From: an uncultured Candidatus Binatia bacterium
GTDB lineage: Bacteria; Desulfobacterota; Binatia; Bin18
Assembly: GCA_965200965.1 (NCBI GenBank)
Contig: OZ241744.1
Coordinates: forward strand, 1,760,001 to 1,824,000
Direction: 5' to 3'
DNA: 64,000 nt
Made by a program: the position numbers and the translations under genes
The notes under the pieces: model-generated
Database searches by the model: none
Told to the model about the DNA's origin: nothing
The model's input: the letters and a program-made list of their open reading frames with translations, nothing else
Shown here: one piece after another, positions 1-9,004 of the stretch
Numbering within the stretch: position 1 is the stretch's first letter
Layout of the letters: each line of letters starts with the position of its first letter

Positions 1-2
1 CT

Positions 3-2444
3 ATCACCGGGGCCGGCATCCACTTTGAAGACTATCTCCGCGGGGGGCTAACCGCCACCGTGTCCGGTAATACTACCACCGGGGCCGGCATCCACTTTGA
101 AAACAAATACGGGGGAACAAACGCCACCGTGTCCGGTAATACTACCACCGGCATCCGCTTTGAAGGCAGCCTGTTCAGCGGGTGGGTAACTGCCACCGTG
201 TCCGGTAATACTACCACCAGCACCGGCATCCACTTTGTAAACAGATCCGGCTCGGGGTCCAATCGGCTAAAGGCCACCGTGTCCGCCAATACTATCACCG
301 GCACCGGCATCTCCTATGAAAACAGAGGCGGAGGGGGTGGCCAGCGGATAACCGCCACCGTGTCCAGTAATACGATCACCGGCACCGGCACCGGCATCGC
401 CTTTGAAGACCGAGCCGGCGGAGGGGGCCATCGGATAACCGCCACCGTGTCCGGTAATACGATCACTGGCACAGGCACCGGCATCGCCTATGACAACAGA
501 GGCGGAGGGGGTGGCCATACGGTAACTGCCACCGTGTCCGGTAATACGATCACTGGCACAGGCACCGGCATCGCCTATAGAAACAGATCCGGCGGGGGTG
601 GCCAGCGGATGACCGCCACCGTGTCCAGTAATACGATCACCGGAGCGCGCTATGGGATTAGGATTACCAATGGAGGTGGCGGCGGGGGCAACAGACTCAC
701 GGTCCGTGGATCCGACAACACGATCATCGGCAGCGGCATGTATGGGATTCAGCTTGTCGGAGGTAACGGCGGGGACAAAAGATTAACGGTCCGTGGATCC
801 GGCAACACGGTCATCGGCAGCGGCACGGCGGATATCTTCGCATTAACCAGCCGATGGTCATCCACTGCTGTGAGCGGGCGTCTTGAGAACACCATCTTCA
901 ACACCAAATCAGTCGTGGGAGGGAGCTTCACCGTCCACAGATACCAGGCCGCCACGCTCCCCAGCGGGGGTCTCACCGGCGGGTACCGGAACCAGGACGG
1001 CACGACCGAGGTCGTGACCATCCCCACCATTGAGGAAACCTATCTGTCCGCCCCGGCCCAGGTTGCCCCGCGCCAGGCGGTCGAGCGGGCCGTGGCCGTG
1101 GTCTCCAGGCAGGCCACCTCAACGGATTTCGGGGCCACCCCCCTCGTCGTCCGCCTCATTCCCCGGGATGCAGACGGGCGGGTGGTCAGCGGCGTAGCTG
1201 ACCACCCCGTGCGGGTGTGTTTACCCCTGCCGGCCGGCCTGTCGGACGCGCCCACTCCACAGCTCGCCTGGCTGGACGGCCCCGTCTGGCACCTCCTGTC
1301 CTCGGAGCGGTCAGAGGGGCAGATCTGCGCCGATTTCCGCGGGTTCCCGCTCTTTCTTGGCAGCACCGGCGTTCCGGACACCCCCGACAATCCCGGCGGT
1401 CCCGGCAACCCCGGCGGTGGCACCACCAACCCCGGCGGCCCCGGCAACCCCGCTCCGCCGCAGCACCAAGCCGCGGATGCTGAAGCCACAGCGCGCGGCA
1501 CGGAGAGCGCGGGCAGCAGTGCCCCCCTCGCCGGCCACCCCCCCTTGGTCGGTGTTCTGGAGAACCCCCGGCCAGCCTCCTCGCAGAGTGGCATCGGGCT
1601 GATCTCGGGCTGGGTGTGCGCCGGGGCGGTGGTTGAACTGGAGGTGGACGGCACGCCTCTCGGAGCAGCCGCCTCTGGCACGAGCCGGGCCGATGTGGCC
1701 GCCACTGGGGCCTGCGGGGGCCGGGCCGATGTCGGCTTTGGGCTGCTGTTCAACTGGAACCTGCTCGGTGACGGCCAACATACCATCCGGGCCTTGGCCG
1801 ATGGGGTCGAGTTCAGCCAGGCGACCTTCACCGTGACGACCCTGGGGGAGGAGTTCGTCCACGAGGGCAGCGGCACGGCCCTGGTGGCCGACTTTCCGTC
1901 TCCGGGCGAGCAGGCACGGCTGGTGTGGCAGGCGGGTCTCCAGAACTTCATGCTGGCCCCGCTTTCGGCCCCGGCGGCCCGGCCGGCCGGCGGGCTGGCA
2001 CCCGCCCCGGCCGGCGGCCCGCTCGGCGTCCTGGAAAACCCGGCCGGCGGCTCCTTCCAGAGCGGCCTCAGCGTGCTGTCGGGCTGGGTGTGTGAGGCCA
2101 CGGTGGTTGAGGTTGAACTCAACGGCGACAGCGCCCACCGGCTGGCGGCAGCCTATGGGACCGGCCGGGCCGATACGGCCGACGCTTGCGGCAACGCCGG
2201 CAGCAACGGCTTTGGGCTGCTGTTCAACTGGAACCTGCTCGGCGATGGGGTCCACACCGTGCGGGTGCTGGCCGACGGGGTGGAGTTTGGCCGGGCGACG
2301 TTCACCGTGACGACCTTCGGGGAAGAGTTCGTCCGGGAGGCCCGCGGGCGGGTGGTCGTGGCCGACTTTCCGTCCCCGGGCGAGACCGCCATGCTGGCTT
2401 GGCAGGAAGCCACCCAGACCTTTGTGATTACGCACCTGGAGTAA
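3..2444 (+). CDS. Large putative surface/secreted protein, 5'-truncated by the window edge: parallel beta-helix-like repeats, Pro/Gly linker, two tandem C-terminal Ig-like/unknown domains
   Basis: Frame is open from position 3 to the TAA at 2442-2444. It has repeated TATVSGNTITG motifs, an NPGGPGNPGGG linker and two GVLENP..SGWVC..FGLLFNWNLLGDG..TFTVTT.GEEFV domains. Confidence 0.8.
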   Translation: MTGAGIHFEDYLRGGLTATVSGNTTTGAGIHFENKYGGTNATVSGNTTTGIRFEGSLFSGWVTATVSGNTTTSTGIHFVNRSGSGSNRLKATVSANTITGTGISYENRGGGGGQRITATVSSNTITGTGTGIAFEDRAGGGGHRITATVSGNTITGTGTGIAYDNRGGGGGHTVTATVSGNTITGTGTGIAYRNRSGGGGQRMTATVSSNTITGARYGIRITNGGGGGGNRLTVRGSDNTIIGSGMYGIQLVGGNGGDKRLTVRGSGNTVIGSGTADIFALTSRWSSTAVSGRLENTIFNTKSVVGGSFTVHRYQAATLPSGGLTGGYRNQDGTTEVVTIPTIEETYLSAPAQVAPRQAVERAVAVVSRQATSTDFGATPLVVRLIPRDADGRVVSGVADHPVRVCLPLPAGLSDAPTPQLAWLDGPVWHLLSSERSEGQICADFRGFPLFLGSTGVPDTPDNPGGPGNPGGGTTNPGGPGNPAPPQHQAADAEATARGTESAGSSAPLAGHPPLVGVLENPRPASSQSGIGLISGWVCAGAVVELEVDGTPLGAAASGTSRADVAATGACGGRADVGFGLLFNWNLLGDGQHTIRALADGVEFSQATFTVTTLGEEFVHEGSGTALVADFPSPGEQARLVWQAGLQNFMLAPLSAPAARPAGGLAPAPAGGPLGVLENPAGGSFQSGLSVLSGWVCEATVVEVELNGDSAHRLAAAYGTGRADTADACGNAGSNGFGLLFNWNLLGDGVHTVRVLADGVEFGRATFTVTTFGEEFVREARGRVVVADFPSPGETAMLAWQEATQTFVITHLE
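54..640 (+). repeat. Intragenic tandem repeat, 8 units with core GCCACCGTGTCC
   Basis: Core found at 54, 123, 192, 273, 354, 441, 528 and 615. Periods are 69, 69, 81, 81, 87, 87, 87 bp, all multiples of 3. Confidence 0.9.
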
Positions 2445-2567
2445 GGGGCCGGGAGTGCCGGCGGCCCCGTCCGCCTGATGTTCCTGTCCACGGTGCCCCG
2501 GCCTCGGGCGCGAGCGTCCGGGGCTGAAAATTGACACCACCACAGGCTTGCATCCAGGTCGCTGCCC

Positions 2568-2612
2568 GATGAATCATCCTGTCTTCCTCTCGGTCGGTCA
2601 GGACGATTCACC
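2568..2612 (-). repeat. Dispersed GNRA-hairpin element, copy A
   Basis: Minus strand reads GGTGAATCGTCCTG-ACCGACC GAGA GGAAGA-CAGGATGATTCATC: a 14-bp stem with 2 G-T pairs. Confidence 0.75.
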
Positions 2613-2641
2613 TTGACAAATACCACACGTTCGGGTAGGGC
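2613..2641 (+). promoter_or_regulatory. Putative sigma70 promoter of the dpp operon
   Basis: TTGACA-17 nt-TAGGGC just upstream of the ATG at 2658. The -35 is perfect and the -10 is weak. Confidence 0.45.
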
Positions 2642-2657
2642 TTCGGGCAGCCAAGCC

Positions 2658-4781
2658 ATGCGTGGAAAACATCTGCTCCTGTTCGCTCCCCTCGCCCTGA
2701 TCGGGCTGTTGTTGCAGTCATACTTCTGGGTTCCGAGCTATGAAAAGCAGGCCGTTGGCAATCCGGCCCGGCTCCGCACCTATATTGCGGCTTCTATTGC
2801 TGACGCCAGAATTCTGAATCCCATCCTCAATGCGGATGGGGCCAGCAGTCAGATTACCAGCCTGGTGTTTGACGGGCTGCTTGACCTGGACGAGAACCTG
2901 AACCTGCGCGGCCGGCTGGCCACAGACTGGTCTCTTACCGAAAAAGCCTATCTGCTCGCCCGCCCGCAGCTCGCCCTGCCCGACGGCAGCCGGGCGACCG
3001 GAGCGCGCCTGCTGGCGTTCGTGTCCCGGGCCCGGGCAGATGGTGCCCTGCCCGAATTCGACGGCCTCCTCCTTTCCATGCGGCTGCTGCCGGCCGAGGA
3101 AAAAACCGAAACCCTCACGCTCCTGAACCCGGACGATCAGGGACAGCCGACACCACGCCGGCTTGACGTCAGCATTCGTGTGCCTGAGCGCATTGAGTTT
3201 ACCCTGGGGCGGGTTGAGCAGGATTTCTTTCAGCCGCTCATCGCCCTCTTGGGCGAAACCTATTTCCGGGACTTTCCCTACCACGACCACATCACGACGC
3301 CCCACGCCACTCTGGACGACAGCGTGCAGGCCCACTTTCCGGCCCTGTTGCCGGTGGCAGAGCATAACCCGGTCATTGCGTTTCGGTTGCGGCGGGGTGT
3401 CCGCTTTCACGACGGCCATCCGTTTGACGCCGGCGATGTCAAATTCACTTATGAGGCCATTATGAATCCGCGCAATATCTCGCCCCGGACTTCGGACTAC
3501 GAGCCGATCGAGCGGGTGGATATTCTCGACCCGTATACCGTCCACGTCACCTACAAACGCCTCTATTCGCCGGCTATCAACGCCTGGACGATGGGCATTC
3601 TCCCCGAACATCTGCTCAACGCCGCCGCGCTTGCAACCGAAATGGAGGCCCGGCAGGTGTCGGATACGGTGCGAGAGAACTTTGGGATGCGCGACAGTCA
3701 GTTCAACCGCTACCCGGTCGGGACCGGCCCCTTCCGCTTTGTTGAATGGCAGGGTGACGAGTTCATCCATCTCACCCGCAACACCGGCTATTGGGAGCGG
3801 GTCCCCGAGTACGCCGACTATTATTTTCGTGTCATTCCCGAACTGCTGACCCAGGAGGTCGAGTTCAGGAGCGGGGCGATTGACTCCTATGGAGTCCAGC
3901 CCCATCAGGTGGCGCGCTACAAACACGAGGATGCCTATCAGTCTTTTTCCAGCCTGGGCCTTGGCTACTCCTACATAGGCTATAACAACCGCCACCCCCT
4001 GTTTGCCGATACACGGGTCCGGCGGGCGCTTGGCATGGCGCTGAACATTGATGAGATCATCACCTATCTGCTCTACGGAGAAGGCGAACGGATCACCGGC
4101 CCCTATCCACGCCAGACCGAGTGGTATGACCCGGGCATTACACCGCTCGGCTATGACCCGGAGGCCGCCCAAGCTCTGCTTGCCGAAGCCGGCTGGCAGC
4201 GCAACGCCGAAGGCTGGCTCGAAAAAGACGGGCAGCGCTTTGAGTTCACCCTGATCAGCAACAACGGCAACCTCATCCGCTCCAACATCATGACCATCGC
4301 CCAGGACGCCTGGAAAAAAATCGGGGTGAAATGTCATACCCAGGTCTTTGAGTGGGCGGTCTTTCTCAAGGATTTTATCAATACCGGCTCGTTTGACGCC
4401 GTTGTCCTGGGCTGGAGCATGGGCATCGATCCCGACCTGTACCAGATTTTTCATTCGAGCCAGGCCGGCCCGCAGCAACTCAACTTTGTGGGCTATGCCA
4501 ACCCCGAGGCCGATGAACTGATCGTCCGCATTCGCCGGGAGTATGACCCTGCCCGCCAGCGCGTCCTCGCCCACCGCCTGCACCGCGTGATCGCCGAAGA
4601 CCAGCCCTACACCTTTCTGTATGTGGGGCTGTCAACCCGCGTCCTGGACAAAAAAATTGTCCTGGTCGAAAGAGAAGCCGACGGCGATGAACGCTATGAA
4701 AAAATCTACCCGACCAAGAGCGGCACCATCTCCTTCTATTTCAACAAGTGGCGGAAACTGGAGTTCACCCCCGCCTTCTAG
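2658..4781 (+). CDS. Peptide/nickel ABC transporter substrate-binding protein (family 5)
   Basis: Motifs LRRGVRFHDGHPFDAGDVKFTY, PVGTGPFRF and VRRAL; first gene of an ABC operon. ATG at 2658 preferred over TTG at 2613. Confidence 0.9.
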   Translation: MRGKHLLLFAPLALIGLLLQSYFWVPSYEKQAVGNPARLRTYIAASIADARILNPILNADGASSQITSLVFDGLLDLDENLNLRGRLATDWSLTEKAYLLARPQLALPDGSRATGARLLAFVSRARADGALPEFDGLLLSMRLLPAEEKTETLTLLNPDDQGQPTPRRLDVSIRVPERIEFTLGRVEQDFFQPLIALLGETYFRDFPYHDHITTPHATLDDSVQAHFPALLPVAEHNPVIAFRLRRGVRFHDGHPFDAGDVKFTYEAIMNPRNISPRTSDYEPIERVDILDPYTVHVTYKRLYSPAINAWTMGILPEHLLNAAALATEMEARQVSDTVRENFGMRDSQFNRYPVGTGPFRFVEWQGDEFIHLTRNTGYWERVPEYADYYFRVIPELLTQEVEFRSGAIDSYGVQPHQVARYKHEDAYQSFSSLGLGYSYIGYNNRHPLFADTRVRRALGMALNIDEIITYLLYGEGERITGPYPRQTEWYDPGITPLGYDPEAAQALLAEAGWQRNAEGWLEKDGQRFEFTLISNNGNLIRSNIMTIAQDAWKKIGVKCHTQVFEWAVFLKDFINTGSFDAVVLGWSMGIDPDLYQIFHSSQAGPQQLNFVGYANPEADELIVRIRREYDPARQRVLAHRLHRVIAEDQPYTFLYVGLSTRVLDKKIVLVEREADGDERYEKIYPTKSGTISFYFNKWRKLEFTPAF

Positions 4782-4793
4782 GCCAGGACGCCT

Positions 4794-5756
4794 ATGTGGG
4801 TTTTCCTTTTTCGGGCGATGGTCCAGCGCCTCGCGCTCTTGGGCGTGATCTCGGTCCTGGCCTTCTCGATCGTCCACCTTGCGCCGGGTGAGCCGAGCGA
4901 GGTGGACCCGACCAATCCGCGCATGAAGCCCGAAGATATCGCGCGTATTCGCGCGGCCTTCCACCTGGACGAACCGCTCTATCTCCAGTACGCCTACTGG
5001 CTGCGCGACCTGACGACCGGCGAGCTGAAATCGTTCAAAGACAGCCAGTCCGTTCTGCCAAAAATCTGGCGGCGCTTTCTCAACTCCCTCCCCCTGTTTG
5101 TGTGCGCCACGCTCATTGTGTGGAGCCTGTCTTTTCCCACCGGCATCCAGGCCGCCATCCGGCGCGGCTCTGCGTTTGACCGCTCCACCACCTTTGTGGC
5201 CTATGCCTTCATCTCTATTCCGGGCTTTTTTCTGTCCTATCTCGTCATTCAGTGGGTCGTAGACCTCTTCAATGTGCCTGTCATCGGGATGCGCACCTTT
5301 GGTATGGAGAACGCCCAGCCGGCCTTTCGCTGGATGGACCGCCTGTGGCATCTGGTCGTCCCGTCCCTGATGTCGGCGGTTGCCGGCATTGCCATTCTGT
5401 CCCGCTATGTGCGGTCCCAGATGCTCGAAGTTGTACGTCAGGACTATGTGCGAACTGCGCGGGCCAAAGGGTTGACCGAAGACAGCGTGATCTATCGCCA
5501 CGCCTTGCGCAACGCACTGCTGCCGTTTGTGACCATGTTCGGTTTTTTGTTGCCGGGACTGATTGGCGGCTCGGTCATCTTTGAGCAGATTTTCGCCTGG
5601 CCCGGTTTAGGCCGGCTCGGCTACGAGGCTATCCTGGCCCGCGATTTTCCGGTTATCCTGACCCTCAACTTCATTGCCGCAACGCTGACCCTGGCCGGCA
5701 CTTTTGTTTCAGACGTGCTGTACGCGGTGGTTGATCCCCGCATCCGGCTGCATTAG
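4794..5756 (+). CDS. dppB: Peptide ABC transporter permease (DppB/OppB-like)
   Basis: EAA-loop DYVRTARAKGL..HALRNA and C-terminal DPRIR. Confidence 0.92.
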   Translation: MWVFLFRAMVQRLALLGVISVLAFSIVHLAPGEPSEVDPTNPRMKPEDIARIRAAFHLDEPLYLQYAYWLRDLTTGELKSFKDSQSVLPKIWRRFLNSLPLFVCATLIVWSLSFPTGIQAAIRRGSAFDRSTTFVAYAFISIPGFFLSYLVIQWVVDLFNVPVIGMRTFGMENAQPAFRWMDRLWHLVVPSLMSAVAGIAILSRYVRSQMLEVVRQDYVRTARAKGLTEDSVIYRHALRNALLPFVTMFGFLLPGLIGGSVIFEQIFAWPGLGRLGYEAILARDFPVILTLNFIAATLTLAGTFVSDVLYAVVDPRIRLH

Positions 5757-5758
5757 CA

Positions 5759-6724
5759 ATGGCTGAACCCGGCCCAGTACACACGGACGATCTGCCGGCG
5801 GCGGAAACGCCACTCCAGGAAGCCTGGCGGCTCTTTCGGCACGATCGGCTGGCCCTCGCTGGTTTGGGGGTCCTGGGGCTGCTGGTGCTCATGGCCGCGG
5901 CGGGAAAAATCCTGACCGAATGGATTGTGCTTTTTGACCCGGCTGGTGTGCGTCTGCCGGACAAATTCCTCCCGCCCCTGTCCGCGGTGTCGGCCGAGCT
6001 CATCCCGGCGGCCCACCACCCGCCGTGGGGTGTGTATCTGCTCGGCACCGACGAGCTGGGCCGGGATGTGTTTGCGCGTATGCTGCAAGGCTCGTTTGTC
6101 TCGCTGTCAATCGGCTTTATTGCGGTCGGGATTTCGGTCACTATCGGGATTATCCTGGGTGGCCTGGCCGGCTTTTACGGCAGCGTCAAGCTGGGCCCCA
6201 TCCCGGTCGAGACGCTGATCATGCGCTGTACCGATATCATGCTGTGCTTTCCGACCTTCTTTCTTATTCTGACCGTTGTGGCACTCCTGCCGCCGAGCAT
6301 CTACAACATCATGATTGTGATTGGCCTGACGAGCTGGATGGCTACGGCGCGCTTTGTGCGGGCCGAGTTCCTGGCCCTGCGCGAACAGGACTTTGTGGTG
6401 GCCGCCCATGCCCTGGGGCTACCGGCCAGCCGCATCATCTTTCGGCATATGGTTCCCAACGCCATTGCTCCGGTGCTGGTCTCGGCCACCATCGGGGTGG
6501 CCGGCGCTATCCTGACCGAGTCCGGTTTGAGCTTTCTCGGCTTTGGCGTGCAGCCACCGTATGCGACCTGGGGGAATATCCTGGCCGGCGGCCGCGGTTT
6601 CATTTTTGACGCGCCCTGGCTGTTTTTTATCCCAGGGCTGGCTATTTTCATTGTGGTCCTGGCGTTCAACCTGGTCGGCGAAGGTCTGCGCGAGGCGCTC
6701 AACCCCCGCTTACGGAACCGCTAG
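5759..6724 (+). CDS. dppC: Peptide ABC transporter permease (DppC/OppC-like)
   Basis: Motifs LLGTDELGRDVFAR, LSFLGFG..PP..WG and NLVGEGLREALNP. Confidence 0.92.
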   Translation: MAEPGPVHTDDLPAAETPLQEAWRLFRHDRLALAGLGVLGLLVLMAAAGKILTEWIVLFDPAGVRLPDKFLPPLSAVSAELIPAAHHPPWGVYLLGTDELGRDVFARMLQGSFVSLSIGFIAVGISVTIGIILGGLAGFYGSVKLGPIPVETLIMRCTDIMLCFPTFFLILTVVALLPPSIYNIMIVIGLTSWMATARFVRAEFLALREQDFVVAAHALGLPASRIIFRHMVPNAIAPVLVSATIGVAGAILTESGLSFLGFGVQPPYATWGNILAGGRGFIFDAPWLFFIPGLAIFIVVLAFNLVGEGLREALNPRLRNR

Positions 6725-7747
6725 ATGACCGCTCCCCTGCTCGCCATTCACGACCTCCAGGTCTCATTCTTCACCGACAAGGGTGAGGTGCGGGCCGTTC
6801 GGGGTATTGACCTTGCGATCGAGCCGGGCCAGACATTGGCCCTGGTTGGCGAGTCCGGGTGTGGCAAGTCGGCGACTGCCCTTTCGATCATGCGCCTGAT
6901 TGAGTCTCCGGGCCGCATTGTCCACGGCTCACTGGTGTATCGGGGGCAGGACCTGGCCCGCCTGCCCGAACCGGCCCTGCGTGCCATTCGGGGCAAATCG
7001 ATTGGGATGATTTTCCAGGAACCCATGACCTCGCTGAATCCGGTGTTTTCCATTGGCAATCAGATCGGGGAAGTCCTCCGGCTCCACCAGGGGCTGTCTG
7101 AGCGGGCGGCGAAACACGAAGTGCTGCGCCTGCTCGAAACGGTCGGCATCCCCTCGCCGGCGCAGCGTTTCGGCCAATATCCGCACGAGTTGTCGGGCGG
7201 GATGAAACAACGGGTCATGATTGCCATAGCCCTGGCCTGCCGTCCCGAGCTGCTGATTGCCGACGAGCCGACCACCGCCTTGGATGTCACCGTTCAGGCC
7301 CAGATTCTCGAGCTGCTCAAGCGCCTCCAGGACGAGATTGGCATGGCGATTCTCCTCATTACCCACAACCTCGGTGTCGTGGCCCAGTTTGCCCAGGTCG
7401 TCGCTGTCATGTACGCGGGGAAGATCATTGAACGCGCCCCGGTCCGCGCCTTGTTTCACAACCCGGTCCATCCCTACACCCAGGCCCTCCTCCAGGCCCT
7501 CCCGCAAAGACACAGCGTGTCATCCGGTCGGGAGGAAGGCGACACGATGTGTCCTCGGCGCGGTCGCCGCGCCGGGCGGCTTGCGGCCATCACCGGCACG
7601 GTTCCCTCACCCTTGTCCTATCCGCGGGGGTGCGCTTTTGCCGCTCGCTGCCCCGCGGTTCTCGATGATTGCCCAAGCCAACAGCCACAGATGACGAGCG
7701 TCGGGCCGGCTCACGAGACCGCCTGCTGGCTGCACAACAAGGAGTGA
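6725..7747 (+). CDS. dppD: Peptide ABC transporter ATP-binding protein (DppD/OppD-like)
   Basis: Walker A GESGCGKS, signature [16 protein letters not shown], and a C-terminal Cys-rich oligopeptide domain. Confidence 0.93.
   Translation: MTAPLLAIHDLQVSFFTDKGEVRAVRGIDLAIEPGQTLALVGESGCGKSATALSIMRLIESPGRIVHGSLVYRGQDLARLPEPALRAIRGKSIGMIFQEPMTSLNPVFSIGNQIGEVLRLHQGLSERAAKHEVLRLLETVGIPSPAQRFGQYPHELSGGMKQRVMIAIALACRPELLIADEPTTALDVTVQAQILELLKRLQDEIGMAILLITHNLGVVAQFAQVVAVMYAGKIIERAPVRALFHNPVHPYTQALLQALPQRHSVSSGREEGDTMCPRRGRRAGRLAAITGTVPSPLSYPRGCAFAARCPAVLDDCPSQQPQMTSVGPAHETACWLHNKE
7509..7553 (+). repeat. Dispersed GNRA-hairpin element, copy B (in frame inside dppD)
   Basis: GACACAGCGTGTC-A-TCCGGTC GGGA GGAAGG-C-GACACGATGTGTC; 45 bp with 12/13 stem pairs. 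Confidence 0.8.
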
Positions 7748-7788
7748 ACGTGTCATCCGGTCGGAAGGAAGGCGACGCGTTCACTCCT
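7740..7788 (+). repeat. Dispersed GNRA-hairpin element, copy C (contains the dppD stop)
   Basis: AGGAGTGAACGTGTC-A-TCCGGTC GGAA GGAAGG-C-GACGCGTTCACTCCT; 15-bp stem with 1 G-T pair. Confidence 0.85.
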
Positions 7789-7818
7789 CCGGCCGGCGGC
7801 ACCCAGCGAGGAAGAGCC

Positions 7819-8814
7819 ATGGCAGACGACCCGACTCCCCCCGCCTCGGCCCTGGTTGAGGTGCAAAACCTCAAGAAATACTACCCGGTGCGCAGCGGTG
7901 TCTTCTCGCGTATCTCGGCCTGGGTGAAGGCGGTTGACGATGTGTCGTTTGCCATTCAGCCCCAAGAAACGTTTGGGCTGGTCGGCGAGTCAGGCTGTGG
8001 CAAAACTACCGTCGGCAGAACCCTGCTGCGTCTCATTGAACCCACCGCCGGAGCGGTGTTTTTTCAAGGGCAGGACTTGTGTCAATTTACCCCGGCCGAG
8101 CTGCGTCAGGCTCGGCGGCAGATGCAGATCATCTTCCAGGACCCCTACGGCTCGCTCAATCCACGCATGACCGTTGGGGCGATTATCGGGGAGGCGCTGA
8201 AAGTCCACGCCCTGGCCCGGGGCGACGCGCTTGACCGTCAGGTGAGCGAACTCCTGGAACGGGTCGGCCTCTCGCCACGGTATCGGTCGCGCTACCCGCA
8301 CGAATTTTCGGGTGGCCAGCGTCAGCGCATCGGCATTGCCCGCGCCTTGGCCCTGCAACCGCACTTTATTGTCTGTGACGAGCCGGTCTCGGCGCTCGAC
8401 GTATCCATCCAGGCCCAGATTCTCAATCTCCTCCAGGACTTGCAGCACGATTTTGGGCTGTCGTATCTGTTTATCTCGCACGACTTGAGCGTTGTCGAAC
8501 ATATCGCCGACCGGGTGGCGGTCATGTATCTCGGCAAGCTGGTTGAAGTCGCCCCGGTCGGCGAACTCTTTCGCAACCCCCGGCATCCGTACACCCTGGC
8601 GCTCATGTCCGCCAACCCCGTGCCAGACCCGGGCGTGCCGACCGAACGCACTCTCCTGACCGGCGATGTGCCCTCGCCCCTCAACCCGCCCTCAGGCTGT
8701 CCGTTTCATACCCGCTGTCCGCAGGTCATGGACCACTGCAAGACCGTCCCGCCCCCGCTCGCGCGGCCAAACGGCCCCGAACACCAGGTGTGGTGCCATT
8801 TGTACACCGCATGA
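7819..8814 (+). CDS. dppF: Peptide ABC transporter ATP-binding protein (DppF/OppF-like)
   Basis: [25 protein letters not shown] and [12 protein letters not shown] at 7819 follows GAGGAAGAG. Confidence 0.93.
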   Translation: MADDPTPPASALVEVQNLKKYYPVRSGVFSRISAWVKAVDDVSFAIQPQETFGLVGESGCGKTTVGRTLLRLIEPTAGAVFFQGQDLCQFTPAELRQARRQMQIIFQDPYGSLNPRMTVGAIIGEALKVHALARGDALDRQVSELLERVGLSPRYRSRYPHEFSGGQRQRIGIARALALQPHFIVCDEPVSALDVSIQAQILNLLQDLQHDFGLSYLFISHDLSVVEHIADRVAVMYLGKLVEVAPVGELFRNPRHPYTLALMSANPVPDPGVPTERTLLTGDVPSPLNPPSGCPFHTRCPQVMDHCKTVPPPLARPNGPEHQVWCHLYTA

Positions 8815-9004
8815 CCGTGGCCGGCTGACGGGTCAAGGTCAAACTCACGAGAAAATGGGAAGGGCAGCCGCCGTCAGCGGATATGTCGAGGTGGGATGTT
8901 CTACTTGTGCGCACTTTGCAAAAGCGGCTATACAGATATGTGTGAGCCATGTCCATGTGGAAGGCTGGTTCTCAAGAAAGGCCAGTACCCCGGACGGAGG
9001 TAGA

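Noticed and set aside
54-640. CRISPR-like pattern of conserved repeats with variable spacers
   Set aside because: All periods are multiples of 3 within one open frame, the spacers are similar to each other, and no cas genes are present.
2718-4583. Long antisense ORFs (also 1040-2122, 1311-2543, 37351-38784, 43691-45259)
   Set aside because: Shadow frames of well-supported genes in high-GC DNA, with no recognisable motifs.
7740-7788. Hairpin elements as integron attC sites or intrinsic terminators
   Set aside because: They are shorter than attC sites, lack RYYYAAC/GTTRRRY ends, and there is no integrase. Most lack a U-tract, and one lies inside a CDS.
8666-9004. Long N-terminal extensions in the ORF track (tcmP, helicase from 23051, thiS from 60118, ccmE from 17032)
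   Set aside because: They overlap neighbouring genes; downstream starts fit RBS position and family length better.
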